Below are positions 13,289 through 27,807 of a DNA stretch of 64,000 bases, in pieces; position 1 is the first letter of the stretch, and the number at the start of each line of letters is the position of its first letter. Position numbers and translations under genes: made by a program. Origin of the DNA: Eledone cirrhosa (Eukaryota); assembly GCA_964016885.1 (NCBI GenBank), contig OZ024765.1, positions 4,774,001 to 4,838,000 of the forward strand, written 5' to 3'. The notes under the pieces are model-generated. The model did not search any database. It was not told the origin of the DNA and was given only the letters and a program-made list of their open reading frames with translations.

Positions 13289-14210
13289 GCTGCCTGACAG
13301 TGGCTGACATATCCAGGGAGCTTGCTAAAAACCACATGAATGTATGTGGCTCCTCTCTGCAGACCTTTAGTCTCCCTAACATCATTACTCAGGATGTTGG
13401 CTGTATCAGGGGAAATGCAAATGTGACAAGTAATACAACACTTCACAAGTTAGCTGCCTGACAGTGACTGACACACCCAGGGAGCTTGCTAAAAACCACA
13501 TGAATGTATGTGGCTCCTCTCTGCAGACCTTTAGTCTCCCTAACATCATTACTCAGGATGTTGGCTGTATCAGGGGAAATGCAAATGTGACAAGTAATAC
13601 AACACTTCACAAGTTAGCTGCCTGACAGTGACTGACACACCCAGGGAGCTTGCTAAAAACCACATGAATGTATGTGGCTCCTCTCTGCAGACCTTTAGTC
13701 TCCCTAACATCATTACTCAGGATGTTGGCTGTATCAGGGGAAATGCAAATGTGACAAGTAATACAACACTTCACAAGTTAGCTGCCTGACAGTGACTGAC
13801 ACACCCAGGGAGCTTGCTAAAAACCACATGAATGTATGTGGCTCCTCTCTGCAGACCTTTAGTCTCCCTAACATCATTACTCAGGATGTTGGCTGTATCA
13901 GGGGAAATGCAAATGTGACAAGTAATACAACACTTCACAAGTTAGCTGCCTGACAGTGACTGACACACCCAGGGAGCTTGCTAAAAACCACATGAATGTA
14001 TGTGGCTCCTCTCTGCAGACCTTTAGTCTCCCTAACATCATTACTCAGGATGTTGGCTGTATCAGGGGAAATGCAAATGTGACAAGTAATACAACACTTC
14101 ACAAGTTAGTTGCCTGACAGTGGCTGACATATCCAGGGAGCTTGTTAAGAACCACACATATGCATACATATACATGGCTCCACTCTACACTCTTTTGTCT
14201 CCCTAATGTT
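13289..14210 (+). repeat. 164-bp tandem array (5 near-identical copies plus a diverged one)
   Basis: period 164 (13321 to 13485). Confidence 0.92.
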
Positions 14211-14436
14211 ATTACTTCCCACGAGAAAGTATAAAATCGAATACTTTTTTGACAGACCAGACAAAACCTCATATATTTCCCTGGATCTGTGTATTTTGTC
14301 AAAGCATATTTATTTGCTCAATAAAACATGGTTTCTGCATAATTTTATGATAGTAAAACATGATGGGAATAGATTTACATTCTGATATCCAATAGAATTT
14401 CTCACTAAAGACTACTTAACATTTCCTATACATATT

Positions 14437-15077
14437 CACGAGTCTGCTGAAAAGTTCATACGCTGACTAAGATACTCTCATGGAATGACTAGATGAGGTT
14501 TATTTTTCAACATGCAAGATTTCACAGCCCTAGCATCACTCCTTCATTGTCTGACCAAGATACTCTCATGGAATGACCAAATGAGGTTTATTTTTCAACA
14601 TGCAAGATTTCACAGCTCTAGCATCATTCCTTCATAGGCTGACCAAGATACTCTCGTGGAATGACCAAATGAGGTTTATTTTTCAACATGCAAGATTTCA
14701 CAGCTCTAGCATCACTCCTTCATAGGCTGACCAAGATACTCTCATGGAATGACCAAATGAGATTTATTTTTCAACATGCAAGATTTCACAGCTCTAGCAT
14801 CACTCCTTCATAGGCTGACCAAGATACTCTCATGGAATGACCAAATGAGGTTTATTTTTCAACATGCAAGATTTCACAGCTCTAGCATCACTCCTTCATA
14901 GGCTGACCAAGATACTCTCATGGAATGACCAAAGGAGGTTAATTTTTCAACATAGTCCCTGGAAAGAAACAATGCCGTTATTTAATAAGAAGATTTGAAA
15001 CTAATTCATGCAAGATTTCACAGCTCTAACATCACTACTTCATGGTCAGCCCATGAACTTTTCAGCCAACCGTCGTA
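14437..15077. mobile_element. mariner-like MITE with internal 88-bp array (about 5.5 copies)
   Basis: ACGAG..TGCTGAAAAGTTCAT..CTGAC / GTCAGCCCATGAACTTTTCAGCC..CGTA TIRs; unamplified relative at about 6787-6925. Confidence 0.72.
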
Positions 15078-15316
15078 TTTCTTATAAATATTTATATAAT
15101 GATAAACATTGACAAATACTGTACAATAAGCCGATAATATTTGATTATATGTATGTGTGTATGTATGTGTGTATGTATGTGTGTATGTATGTATGTATGT
15201 ATGTGTGTATGTATGTGTGTATGTATGTATATATATGCAAGCAGGGAAAAGCGGACGTAAAATGATGATGATGATGATATATATATATATGTTTGTATAA
15301 TATATATATACATATA

Positions 15317-15347
<31 letters not shown>

Positions 15348-15613
15348 GCACACACACACACACATATATATACATATATATATATGTATGCATTTATATA
15401 TACACATATATATGTATGTATAATATATATATATATATATGTGTGTATATATATATATATATATTTATTTATATATATATACACATGTATATACACACAC
15501 ACACATATATATATATATAGATAGATATATATATATGTGTTTATATGTATGTATGTATATATATTTGTGAATACAATTGTGAACATGCTTCATAAATAAA
15601 TATATTCCAGGCA

Positions 15614-15684
<71 letters not shown>

Positions 15685-15819
15685 CACATGTATACTCACA
15701 CACACATATATATATATAGAGAGAGATAGATATATATATATGTGTTTATATGTATGTATATATATATGTGAATACAATTGTGAACATGCTTCATAAATAA
15801 ATATATTCCAGGCAATATA

Positions 15820-15886
<67 letters not shown>

Positions 15887-17149
15887 AAATATATTCACAA
15901 GAATCCATGGAAGAGTCCGGAATCTCTTTTATAACCCTCAGAAATAAAACAAAATTCCCTAACAAATTAACATGTTTATGGAAATGTTTAATGTTTAGAA
16001 GTATTTTTATTGACAACTCAACTGATGGCTTCTCTGCCATAAGAGGCCATGTTGTTTCTAGAACTTCTTCTCATAATGGTTTTAGTTTGGTTTTGGTTTG
16101 TTAGGGAAGAGGGGCAGTTGAGGGTTGGGGATTTTCTTTTGTTGTTTTTTTAGCAAATGGGGGAAGGGTATTTATTGTATTTTTTTTTTCTTGGGAAAGG
16201 AAAACTTGTATTTTTGTTGGGTTTTTTAAGGGAGCATGGTTAGCGTACATTGGATTTTTGTATTTTTTAGAGAAAGAAAGGGGTATTTTTATTTTTTTAG
16301 AGAAGGAAAGGGAGTATTTTTGTTTTTTTTAGAGAAGGAAAGGGGGTATTTTGTTTTGTTTTGGGCCTTTTTTTAAGAAAAGAGGGAGGGTACTTTAGGT
16401 TTTTTGTTTTTTCTAGGAAAGAGTAAGGGATATTTTTTGTTGGGAATATGAGGGGGGGGGGCATTTGTGGTTTGGGGGAAGGTGAGGGGGTACTTCTTGT
16501 TTTTCTCTCTCTTCAATAAAAAGTATTTGCTAGCTCTTACTCCTAGACCTCCACCCACCCCTCTTTTCTAGATAAAAACCCGCTGTCAGTGGCTTCCCGC
16601 TTATGGATCAAAAACATATATTTCTTTTATTACGACAATAAATAACAATATTTCATAACAAATTGACATTATTTTATGGAAAAATTCCATAGAAAGAGAA
16701 ACATTTCTTTTGTCATCTTAACCAATGTTATTTTACATGATTCAACTGAATGGTTAAAAGGTTTGCTTTGCAATCACGAGGTTGTGTGTTCAATCCCACT
16801 GTGTGTCATCTTGAGGAGCAAATGTCATCTATCATAGCTTCGAGTTAGCCTCTATGATTTGTAAGTGAAATTGTGTAGACAGATACTGTTTGGAAGCCTG
16901 TCGGATGGACTGCATAGGTGTGTTATTACAAGTGGTCAGCCTGGTCACATACTGTGTCATGCTGAATCTCCCTGACAACTATGTTAAGGTGTTTATACAT
17001 CTGTGGAATGCTCAGTGACTTACACTATAATACAACGATGGGCTGTACCTGTAAATCAAAGGGCCAACCTTGTACTATATTGTTGTGCAGACCACACAGT
17101 ATGGGCTGGACCCCTACATATAAATAGTAGTGGCCTGAGTAAGTGGGCA

Positions 17150-17596
17150 AGTTGGTACTAGTTCCACAGTTGGTGTGTTGATGGTCAATGTTGGTACTAG
17201 TTCCACAGTTGGTACTAGTTCCACAGTTGGTACTAGTTCCACAGTTGGTACTAGTTCCACAATTGGTGTGTTGATGGTCAATGTTGGTACTAGTTCCACA
17301 GTTGGTACTAGTTCCACAGTTGGTACTAGTTCCACAATTGGTGTGTTGATGGTCAATGTTGGTACTAGTTCCACAGTTGGTACTAGTTCCACAGTTGGTA
17401 CTAGTTCCACAATTGGTGTGTTGATGGTCAATGTTGGTACTAGTTCCACAGTTGGTACTAGTTCCACAGTTGGTACTAGTTCCACAATTGGTGTGTTGAT
17501 GGTCAATGTTGGTACTAGTTCCACAGTTGGTGTGTTGATAGTCAAAGTTGGTACTAGTTCCACAGTTGGTGTGTTGATAGTCAAAGTTGGTACTAG
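17150..17596. repeat. Composite minisatellite (18-bp GTTGGTACTAGTTCCACA and 21-bp units; 75-bp higher order)
   Basis: direct inspection. Confidence 0.9.
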
Positions 17597-18689
17597 AAAT
17601 ACACTATCTATAATTTTCAAATCATTTTGAAAATATTAAAAAATTTTAAGGGATTTAGTAATATAACTAACTACTTCATTGTCAATCTAGTGTCTAGAAC
17701 ATAACTTTAAAAAGGTTCTTACATAAAATTATGAATGAAGCTTTTTAGATAAATATAAACACGTTAACCCTTTTGTTACCATATGTTGGTGCCACAACAT
17801 CCAGGCCGAAAAAATGAGGTCGTGTAGGTGTCACGACAAAAAAAACACACAGTCCACGCTGTAATATGGCCGTGTAGGTAACACGGTAAAAACCTCCCAG
17901 TCCCACACTGTAAATGTGGTTAGTGTTAGGAAGGGCATCCAGCTGTAGAAAACCCACCAGACAGTCCTACGCGAGCAAGACAACCACTCTTGCCTCAAGT
18001 GGGAAAACTCCTGTCCAAACCCATGCAAGCGTGGAATATGGGCGTTAAACGATGATGATGATGATGATGATGATGATTTCTAATGAAAAATACTGCCTAT
18101 GGCTTTCAAATTATTTTGAAATAAACAAGAATTTGGAAGGATTTAAAAATATCTTAATGTGATTTCATGTATTTTGTTGATACAAATGTTTATAGTATCT
18201 TTACTAGTGGACAGATTACTGTGAACATTTGTGATATTAAAGTAAAGACTTTAATATTTAATGTGATGTAGTCATAGTGCTGTTTTTTGCTTTTCAAAAA
18301 TGTTTATAGTAGGCATGTCAAACTGAGGGTGCCCTGAGAGTCACATGGGTCACATATGTGGTGTATGAGGGTCACATGGGTCACATGTGGTGTATGAGGG
18401 TCACATATGACAACTAATTGCGCACATTACAACTAATTTTTTTTATTTTATATTATGAAGATAAAACATGCTCGTGCTGTAAAAACCTTTGTGTGGGCTT
18501 GGAAAGGGCTGCATGCAGCCCAAAAGCTGCAAGTTTCACATGCCTGGTTTATAGTATCTTTACTGGTGGATAGATTGTTGTGAAAATCTACAGTATTACA
18601 GTAAAGACTTTAATATATAATTCTTTCTACTTTTGGCACAAGTTTCTGGCTGGTTTTCTAGGGCTGGATGCCCTTCCTAATGCCAACCA

Positions 18690-18905
18690 CATTTACAGTG
18701 TGTGCTGTGTGCTTTTTGTCATGTCTTTTACACATCCACTTTACAGTGTGGGCTGGGTGCTTTTTGTCATGTCTTTTACACATCCACTTTACAGTGTGTG
18801 CTGGGTGCTTTTTGTCATGTCTTTTACACATCCACTTTACAGTGTGGGCTGGATGCTTTTTGCCATATCTTTTACACGTCCACTTTACAGTGTGTACTGG
18901 GTGTT
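18690..18905. repeat. 48-bp array (about 4.5 copies) from a SINE segment
   Basis: unit contains TTTACAGTGTG.GCTGGGTGCTTTTT of the SINE at 10881-11135 (reverse). Confidence 0.8.
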
Positions 18906-20675
18906 TTGAGGCTGGTTTTCTACAGCTGGATGCCCTTCCTAACGCCAACCTCATTTACAGTGTGTGCTGGGTACTTTGTGTTGTGACACTTACACAAGTA
19001 ATGTAAAAATGCTAAAGGGTTAAAGTCTGTCTCAAGCCAGGAGGTTCATCACGCAGGTGCTGATACCAGTTTTTGTGGTGTCACCTGACTGACAGTACAA
19101 AACTCTCCCTGGACAAGACACCAGTCCATCACAATGTTAAATTCTGTCACAACCCTGGAGACTGATCGGGGCTATGCTTGTTCCAGTTTCCATGACTTTA
19201 AGTGACTGAGAGTACATGACTGCCCCCTGGACAGGATGGCAGTCCATCACAGGGTTAAACCCCTAGTTATTGCTGGTACTCATTTTCAACTGAGTATACT
19301 GGAGCAACATGACATAAAGTGTTTTGCTCAAGAACACAACACACAACCCAGCCCAGGAATCAAACCCATGAGATTATGATCATAAGTCCAACACCCTTAC
19401 CACTAGGCCACACACCTTCACATGAGGCTGTCCATTGATCCCATACCCCTCCAGAACCTTCCACAAATCCTATGGAACAGGGTTGGATGCTTTTTCAACA
19501 GCTATGAAAAGAACCATACACTTCTTGGCAATGCCCTCACTATTTCTCGAAGACGTGCCACAGTGTAAATATTTGGTTGGCTGTGCTGCATCCGGGGCGA
19601 AAACCACACTGTTCATCAGCAGAATCGGTAGAGCTTTAGACAAAATACCATTGTGGCATTTGTTTTGGCTCTTTTATGTTTAGAGTTGAAATGCTGCTGA
19701 GGTGAACTTTGCCTTTCTTCCTCATCCATGCACTAGTCATACACTGGGAGCTGATACAATTAACTTTTACCTCTTTCAACATTGCTGGCCTTGTTCATAA
19801 ATGAATTAAAGATCATTCTCATTATAAAATCCCAGAAAGGGCAGTGGATTAGCAGAATCGGTAGAGTTTCAGACAAAAGGCCTTATCCCTTTACCATTTA
19901 CATTACTCTATATATACTATTATGTTTTCACAGTAAAGGCTTTACCTCACATAATATCTCACATAACATTTACATTACTCTATATATACTATTGTATTTT
20001 CACAGTAAAGGCTTTACCTCACATAATATCTCACATAACATTTACAATTCTGCCAAGGTCAACTATGTCTTTCATTCTTTAGGGTGGTCAAAGTGTTAAT
20101 AAAATATCAACAAAGTACCATATTCATACTGGGGGTTGATATATTTCACTTTCTCCTCCCTTTTCCCTAAATTGTGGGCCTTGTGACCTACATTCTCAGT
20201 ACAAATTCTGCCAAGGTCTGCTTTGTCTTTTAGTGGGAGAGGAGGACAGGGGACTACAATAAGATAAAAACAAAGTACCAGTTTTGTACTGGGGTTAAGA
20301 TAATCGACGTTCCCCTTCTGTCCCCACCAAATTGTAAAGTACCAGTTTCATACTGGGGTTTATATAATTGACTTTCCCCCTCCCCTCCTCTAAATCACTG
20401 GCATTGTGCCAAAGTCAGATGTATTAAAATCTCATAAAATATTCATAATTCTTTTGTATAAAATGAATTTCTCTCTCTCTCTCTCTTTTTCTCTCTCACT
20501 CACTCTCTCCTTTATTTCACTCTCTCTCTTACTCTCTCACTCACTCTCCTTTCTCTCACACTCTCTCACTCACTCTCTCTTCCTCTCTTTTTCTCTCCCT
20601 CTTTATCTCTCCCTCCATCTTACTCTCTTACTCTCTCTCTATTCCCTCTCTTTCCTGCTCCCTCTCTCCGTTGCA

Positions 20676-20792
<117 letters not shown>

Positions 20793-20900
20793 AATACTTT
20801 TCTAATTCTCTTAACATTTGTCAGCTCCTGTCAAAACACAACTTTCTCATAGGGAAACAGCCAAGGGTAAGTTTCAACTGTTAACCAAGCACAACCCTTT

Positions 20901-21385
20901 TGACTATAGCTTGTCCTATTACCCAGACACACCCCTTTTGCTGTGTTACAGTCATGTGACTATAGCTTGTCCTATTAACCAGACACACCCCTTTTGCTGT
21001 GTTACAGTCATGTGACTATAGCTTGTCCTATTAACCAGACACACCCCTATTGCTGTGTTACAGTCATGTGACTAGAGCTTGTCCTATTAACCAGTCACAC
21101 CCCTATTGATTGTGTTACAGTCATGTGACTAGAGCTTGTCCTATTAACCAGACACACCCCTATTGCTGTGTTACAGTCATGTGACTAGAGCTTGTCCTAT
21201 TAACCAGTCACACCCCTATTGCTGTGTTACAGTCATGTGACTAGAGCTTGTCCTATTAACCAGACACACCCCTATTGCTGTGTTACAGTCATGTGACTAT
21301 AGCTTGTCCTATTAACCAGACACACCCCTATTGCTGTGTTACAGTCATGTGACTATAGCTTGTCCTATTAACCAGACACACCCCT
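20901..21385. repeat. 56-bp minisatellite (about 8.5 copies)
   Basis: period 56 (20909, 20965, 21021). Confidence 0.92.
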
Positions 21386-21974
21386 AGCCAAATTCTTAGG
21401 GCTGTTTTACCTTTTTTTAACTTTTAGTCAAACTCTTTCTACTTCAGTTCCTCTTGGAAATTTAAGCTTTGGTTTTCCTTAAATTCTTTCTCCAACAAAG
21501 TTCTTGGATATTTTATGGCAACTACCCTGGGTCCCTGGTTCATTTATCTCCTGCACTCCTACACCTCGTTTGACTCAATAATACTGATTGCACTGTTGTG
21601 TACACCCAGGACGCTCTGCACATCAACATCTGATTCAATACCACTAACTACACTTCTATACACAATCTCATCACCCCGCATCTTTCAAAATCATTTTTGA
21701 AATCATTATTGTAATTATAAAACTGTTCTGTCTCCACATCAGAATGACATCATTACTCTCATACTATATAGCAGATGTTCACAATAATCTATCCACTACT
21801 ATAAACATTTAGTACAAAACAACACTATGACTACATCACATTAAATAGTAAAGTCTTTACACTAATACTGCAAACTTTCTCAACAATTTGTCCACTAGTA
21901 AAGCTACTATAAACATTTGAATTAATAAACCAAATAAAACCACATTAGCAAAACATTATTGAAAAATTCTTGAA

Positions 21975-23525
21975 TAATACAAAACAATACTATGCCTGCA
22001 ACACATTAAATATTACAGTCTTTACTGTAATACTGTAAATTTTCACAACAATCTGTCCACCAGTAAAGATACTATAAACATTTAGTACAAAACAACACTA
22101 TGCCTGCAACACATTAAATATTACAGTCTTTACTGTAATACTGTAAATTTTCACAACAATCTGTCCACCAGTAAAGATACTATAAACATTTAGTACAAAA
22201 CAACACTATGACTACATCACATTAAATATTAAAGTCTTTACTGTAATACTGTAAATATTCACAACAATCTGTCCACCAGTAAAGATACTATAAACATTTA
22301 GTACAAAACAACACTATGACTACATCACATTAAATATTAAAGTCTTTACTGTAATACTGTAAATATTCACAACAATCTGTCCACCAGTAAAGATACTATA
22401 AACATTTAGTACAAAACAACACTATGACTACATCACATTAAATATTAAAGTCTTTACTGTAATACTGTAAATATTCACAACAATCTGTCCACCAGTAAAG
22501 ATACTATAAACATTTAGTACAAAACAACACTATGACTACATCACATTAAATATTAGTCTTTACTGTAATACTGTAAATATTCACAACAATCTGTCCACCA
22601 GTAAAGATACTATAAACATTTAGTACAAAACAACACTATGACTACATCACATTAAATATTAAAGTCTTTACTGTAATACTGTAAATATTCACAACAATCT
22701 GTCCACCAGTAAAGATACTATAAACATTTAGTACAAAACAACACTATGACTACATCACATTAAATATTAAAGTCTTTACTGTAATACTGTAAATATTCAC
22801 AACAATCTGTCCACCAGTAAAGATACTATAAACATTTAGTACAAAACAACACTATGACTACATCACATTAAATATTAAAGTCTTTACTGTAATACTGTAA
22901 ATATTCACAACAATCTGTCCACCAGTAAAGATACTATAAACATTTAGTACAAAACAACACTATGACTACATCACATTAAATATTAGTCTTTACTGTAATA
23001 CTGTAAATATTCACAACAATCTGTCCACCAGTAAAGATACTATAAACATTTAGTACAAAACAACACTATGACTACATCACATTAAATATTAAAGTCTTTA
23101 CTGTAATACTGTAAATATTCACAACAATCTGTCCACCAGTAAAGATACTATAAACATTTAGTACAAAACAACACTATGACTACATCACATTAAATATTAA
23201 AGTCTTTACTGTAATACTGTAAATATTCACAACAATCTGTCCACCAGTAAAGATACTATAAACATTTAGTACAAAACAACACTATGACTACATCACATTA
23301 AATATTAAAGTCTTTACTGTAATACTGTAAATATTCACAACAATCTGTCCACCAGTAAAGATACTATAAACATTTAGTACAAAACAACACTATGACTACA
23401 TCACATTAAATATTAAAGTCTTTACTGTAATACTGTAAATATTCACAACAATCTGTCCACCAGTAAAGATACTATAAACATTTAGTACAAAACAACACTA
23501 TGACTGTATCATATTAAACATGAAA
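21975..23525. repeat. 108-bp satellite array (about 14 copies)
   Basis: period 108 (22081 to 22189); diverged monomers flank it. Confidence 0.93.
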
Positions 23526-23609
23526 TTCTTTACTCTCATGCTGCAGATTTTCACAACAATCTGTTCATTAATAAAGATACTATAAATATTTGAATTAACT
23601 TTGCCCTTT

Positions 23610-24880
23610 GAATTAATTCCTGTGAGGGTTGTTGACACAGAACCCTCCACCACCCTTTCCAGCAGGTCCTATCAGCAGCAACTGTCTCTGATTGATCTAA
23701 TAGAATCGATCCCCAAGTGAGTCCAGCTGAGTTCATGGATGCTATCCAGCAATCTTGCTTAAGGTCTACTCCTGAATCTCCTGCCAGTTGGTTTTGCCCA
23801 TAACATCTGACCAGTGATTCTTTCCTGAGACATTCTAACCACATGACTGTAATATCAGAGCTGTGATCTCTCAATACAGAGAAGTAGTGGCTCTATCTGG
23901 AGTGACTCTCTGATCTCCGAGCTACAAATCTGTCCAGTGATTCTTTCCTGAGACATTCTAACCACATGACTGTAATATCAGAGCTGTGATCTCTCAATAC
24001 AGAGAAGTAGTGGCTCTATCTGGAGTGACTCTATGATCTCAGAGCTACAAATCTGACCAGTGATTCTTTCCTGAGACATTCTAACCACATGACTGTAATA
24101 TCAGAGCTGTGATCTCTCAATACAGAGAAGTAGTGGCTCTATCTGGAGTGACTCTCTGATCTCCGAGCTACAAATCTGTCCAGTGATTCTTTCCTGAGAC
24201 ATTCTAACCACATGACTGTAATATCAGAGCTGTGATCTCTCAATACAGAGAAGTAGTGGCTCTATCTGGAGTGACTCTCTGATCTCCGAGCTACAAATCT
24301 GTCCAGTGATTCTTTCCTGAGACATTCTAACCACATGACTGTAATATCAGAGCTGTGATCTCTCAATACAGAGAAGTAGTGGCTCTATCTGGAGTGACTC
24401 TCTGATCTCCGAGCTACAAATCTGTCCAGTGATTCTTTCCTGAGACATTCTAACCACATGACTGTAATATCAGAGCTGTGATCTCTCAATACAGAGAAGT
24501 AGTGGCTCTATCTGGAGTGACTCTCTGATCTCCGAGCTACAAATCTGTCCAGTGATTCTTTCCTGAGACATTCTAACCACATGACTGTAATATCAGAGCT
24601 GTGATCTCTCAATACAGAGAAGTAGTGGCTCTATCTGGAGTGACTCTCTGATCTCCGAGCTACAAATCTGTCCAGTGATTCTTTCCTGAGACATTCTAAC
24701 CACATGACTGTAATATCAGAGCTGTGATCTCTCAATACAGAGAAGTAGTGGCTCTACCTGGAGAGACACTCTGATCATGTTATGCCCTCTATTGAGTAAT
24801 ATTATTCCATACACCCTCTGGAGAAGCCCATTTCGGCTGCTTGTATTCACAATTGTATTCGTTTGGTCATTACCCAAGTA
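23610..24880 (-). mobile_element. RTE-like LINE 3' fragment with 123-bp segment x about 8
   Basis: minus strand HVVRMSQERIT motif; period 123 (23811, 23934, 24057). Confidence 0.78.
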
Positions 24881-25019
24881 TAACAATATATATACATATA
24901 TATACATATATATATACAATATATATATATATATTTATTAAAATAACAGATTAAAGTTTAAGCAAAGAATCGCTGCTTTGGATTTTAGTCTTCAAATTTA
25001 TTATTATTATTATTATTAT

Positions 25020-25071
<52 letters not shown>

Positions 25072-25648
25072 ACGGAGAAAGAGACGATTATGAGGAAGAA
25101 AAATATATATATATATATATTTTTTCTCCCTGTTTTCGTATATATATATATATCCTAACTCGTGCGTCTCCTCTCCACATTTTATTATTATATATATACA
25201 TATACATACACATACACACACATATATATATACATTCATATATATACATACATACACATACACACATATATATATATATATATACATTCATATATATATA
25301 TACATACACATACACACATATATATATATACATTCATATATATATATATACATACATACACATACATATATATATAGACATTCATATATATATATATATA
25401 TACATACACACATATATATACATTCATATATATATATATATATATACATACATACACATACACACACATATATATATACATTCATATATATATATATATA
25501 TACACATACACACATATATATATATACATTCATATATATATATATATACATATACACACATATATATATATATATACACACATACACACATATATATATA
25601 TACATTCATATAATATATAAGATCAAAAGATGGTTAAAGGAGTTCCAT

Positions 25649-25719
25649 GTATTTTATTATGCGCATTTCAAAAACAAACATCATCATGCAATAATATTTG
25701 TGTTTTCATCAGATAAAAC
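25649..25719 (-). ncRNA. Minimal type I hammerhead motif
   Basis: minus strand: GTTTTAT-CTGATGA-AAACACAAA...TTTGTTTTT-GAAA-TGCGCA-TA-ATAAAAT; palindromic TGCGCA stem III. Confidence 0.72.
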
Positions 25720-25766
25720 AGGAGGACATGATATGAAACAATAAAACTCACCTCCTACATTATACA

Positions 25767-25808
<42 letters not shown>

Positions 25809-25820
25809 CACACATATATT

Positions 25821-25852
<32 letters not shown>

Positions 25853-25943
25853 ATTAGTAAATTTGTATTCCAATGTTACCTAATAAATTCTTTATACCCG
25901 CATTTCCGTTTCATAAACTTCTTCTCTATATATATATATATAT

Positions 25944-25976
<33 letters not shown>

Positions 25977-25985
25977 CATATATAT

Positions 25986-26107
25986 ATAGGAACCAGTAAG
26001 ACCCCGACAGCTGAGCTCAAGCCGTTTCGACGGCTAATTCTGGACGAGTCCAGAATTAGCCGTCGAAACGGCTTGAGCTCAGCTGTCGGGGTCTTACTGG
26101 TTCCTAT
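25986..26107. repeat. Perfect palindrome, 60-bp arms, 2-nt loop
   Basis: 25986-26045 is the exact reverse complement of 26048-26107. Confidence 0.97.
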
Positions 26108-26183
26108 TACCCACTCTACTACCTCAAGTATTGAGTACTTTGGTGCGTTATGGTCCACCTGGTTCCTTACCACATTTCCTTCG

Positions 26184-26240
<57 letters not shown>

Positions 26241-26466
26241 TTTGTGTTTGAGACACGTTAGCTGAGAGCTTATGACAGGAGCAGAAATATTTGTTGTCTA
26301 ATCTCCTGCCATCATGTAAATTTATAAATCGGTGGCCGATCGGGGGACAGCATTGTATGAGATCCCAGTTACTAATCACTTTACTGTGTCGGCCATCACA
26401 AGCAGTCATAGCCGGCACGGACTGGAGTCGAATTCTGTTGATTGATTGGTTATTGATTAGGCAAAA

Positions 26467-26577
26467 CCCGCTGATGAAGCCACATGCGTCGATTATGCAT
26501 TGTTGCATAATATATGCAGACAGAGGATGCAGTGCACCCTAGAGCTGCATCAAGTGTGGCCGAAACTCGAGTTCGGG
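26467..26577 (+). ncRNA. Hammerhead motif with long branched stem II
   Basis: CCCG-CTGATGA(26471)-AGCCACA...TGTGGCC-GAAA(26562)-CTCGAG-TT-CGGG; internal hairpins ATTATGCA/TGCATAAT and GATGCAG/CTGCATC. Confidence 0.68.
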
Positions 26578-26987
26578 AACTACTGTAGGTATCCGTTTAC
26601 GTGTGTTGTATTGAAGTGAATAACTATGTGTGTACTCTGGGAGTTTATTTAACATTGCCTATTGAGTACGCTGAGATGCAACTGGTCCTTGCAGTGATAC
26701 CTATGCTGGGTCCATCAACTTCTTATTATATATATATGTGTGTGTGTGTGTGGAGGGGAACATTTGAAAGAGACCTGTAAATACGTAGCTATGGAGGGGA
26801 CATTGGAAAGAGACTTCTAACAACATAGCTATGGAGGGGACATTGGAAAGAGACTTTTAACAACATAGCTATGGAGGGTGGGGACCATTTGATATCTTTT
26901 GATATTTTATTTCACTGTGTTTCTAATATTTTAGTTTATAATGAGAGACTGCATGGTTGGAAACTGAATGACTGAATGGTGGGTTTT

Positions 26988-27031
<44 letters not shown>

Positions 27032-27394
27032 GCCCCCCCCACAGACACACACACATACGCACTCACCCACACACACATACACCCACCCACACACATATAT
27101 ATATGTATATATATGTGTGTGTGTCAAAGCTGCAAATTAAGTGATTTTATTCGTCTACCATGTTTCTCCAAAGATAAGCAAAATAAATGTGTGTGTGTGT
27201 ATATATTTATATATATATATATATATATTTTACAAGCATACACACATATATATATACATATATATATGTAATATATATATATGCATATATATATGCATAT
27301 ATATATATGTAATATATATATATTTACAAACACACACACACACATATATATATATGTATATATACATATATATATATATGTGTGTGTCTGTGTG

Positions 27395-27426
<32 letters not shown>

Positions 27427-27438
27427 CATATATATATG

Positions 27439-27492
<54 letters not shown>

Positions 27493-27493
27493 C

Positions 27494-27626
<133 letters not shown>

Positions 27627-27630
27627 TATC

Positions 27631-27662
<32 letters not shown>

Positions 27663-27685
27663 CATATATATATCTATATATATAC

Positions 27686-27721
<36 letters not shown>

Positions 27722-27807
27722 TCAATTAAAATATCACACCAATATAATCAGCAACAACAAAGCAACTCATCTGATGTTTATTACAATTTTATATGTAGAT
27801 CTGTAAA

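Noticed and set aside
17114-17630. Mucin-like PTVELV / GTSSTV ORF
   Set aside because: Minisatellite with no convincing splice sites; exon C joins exon D in frame without it
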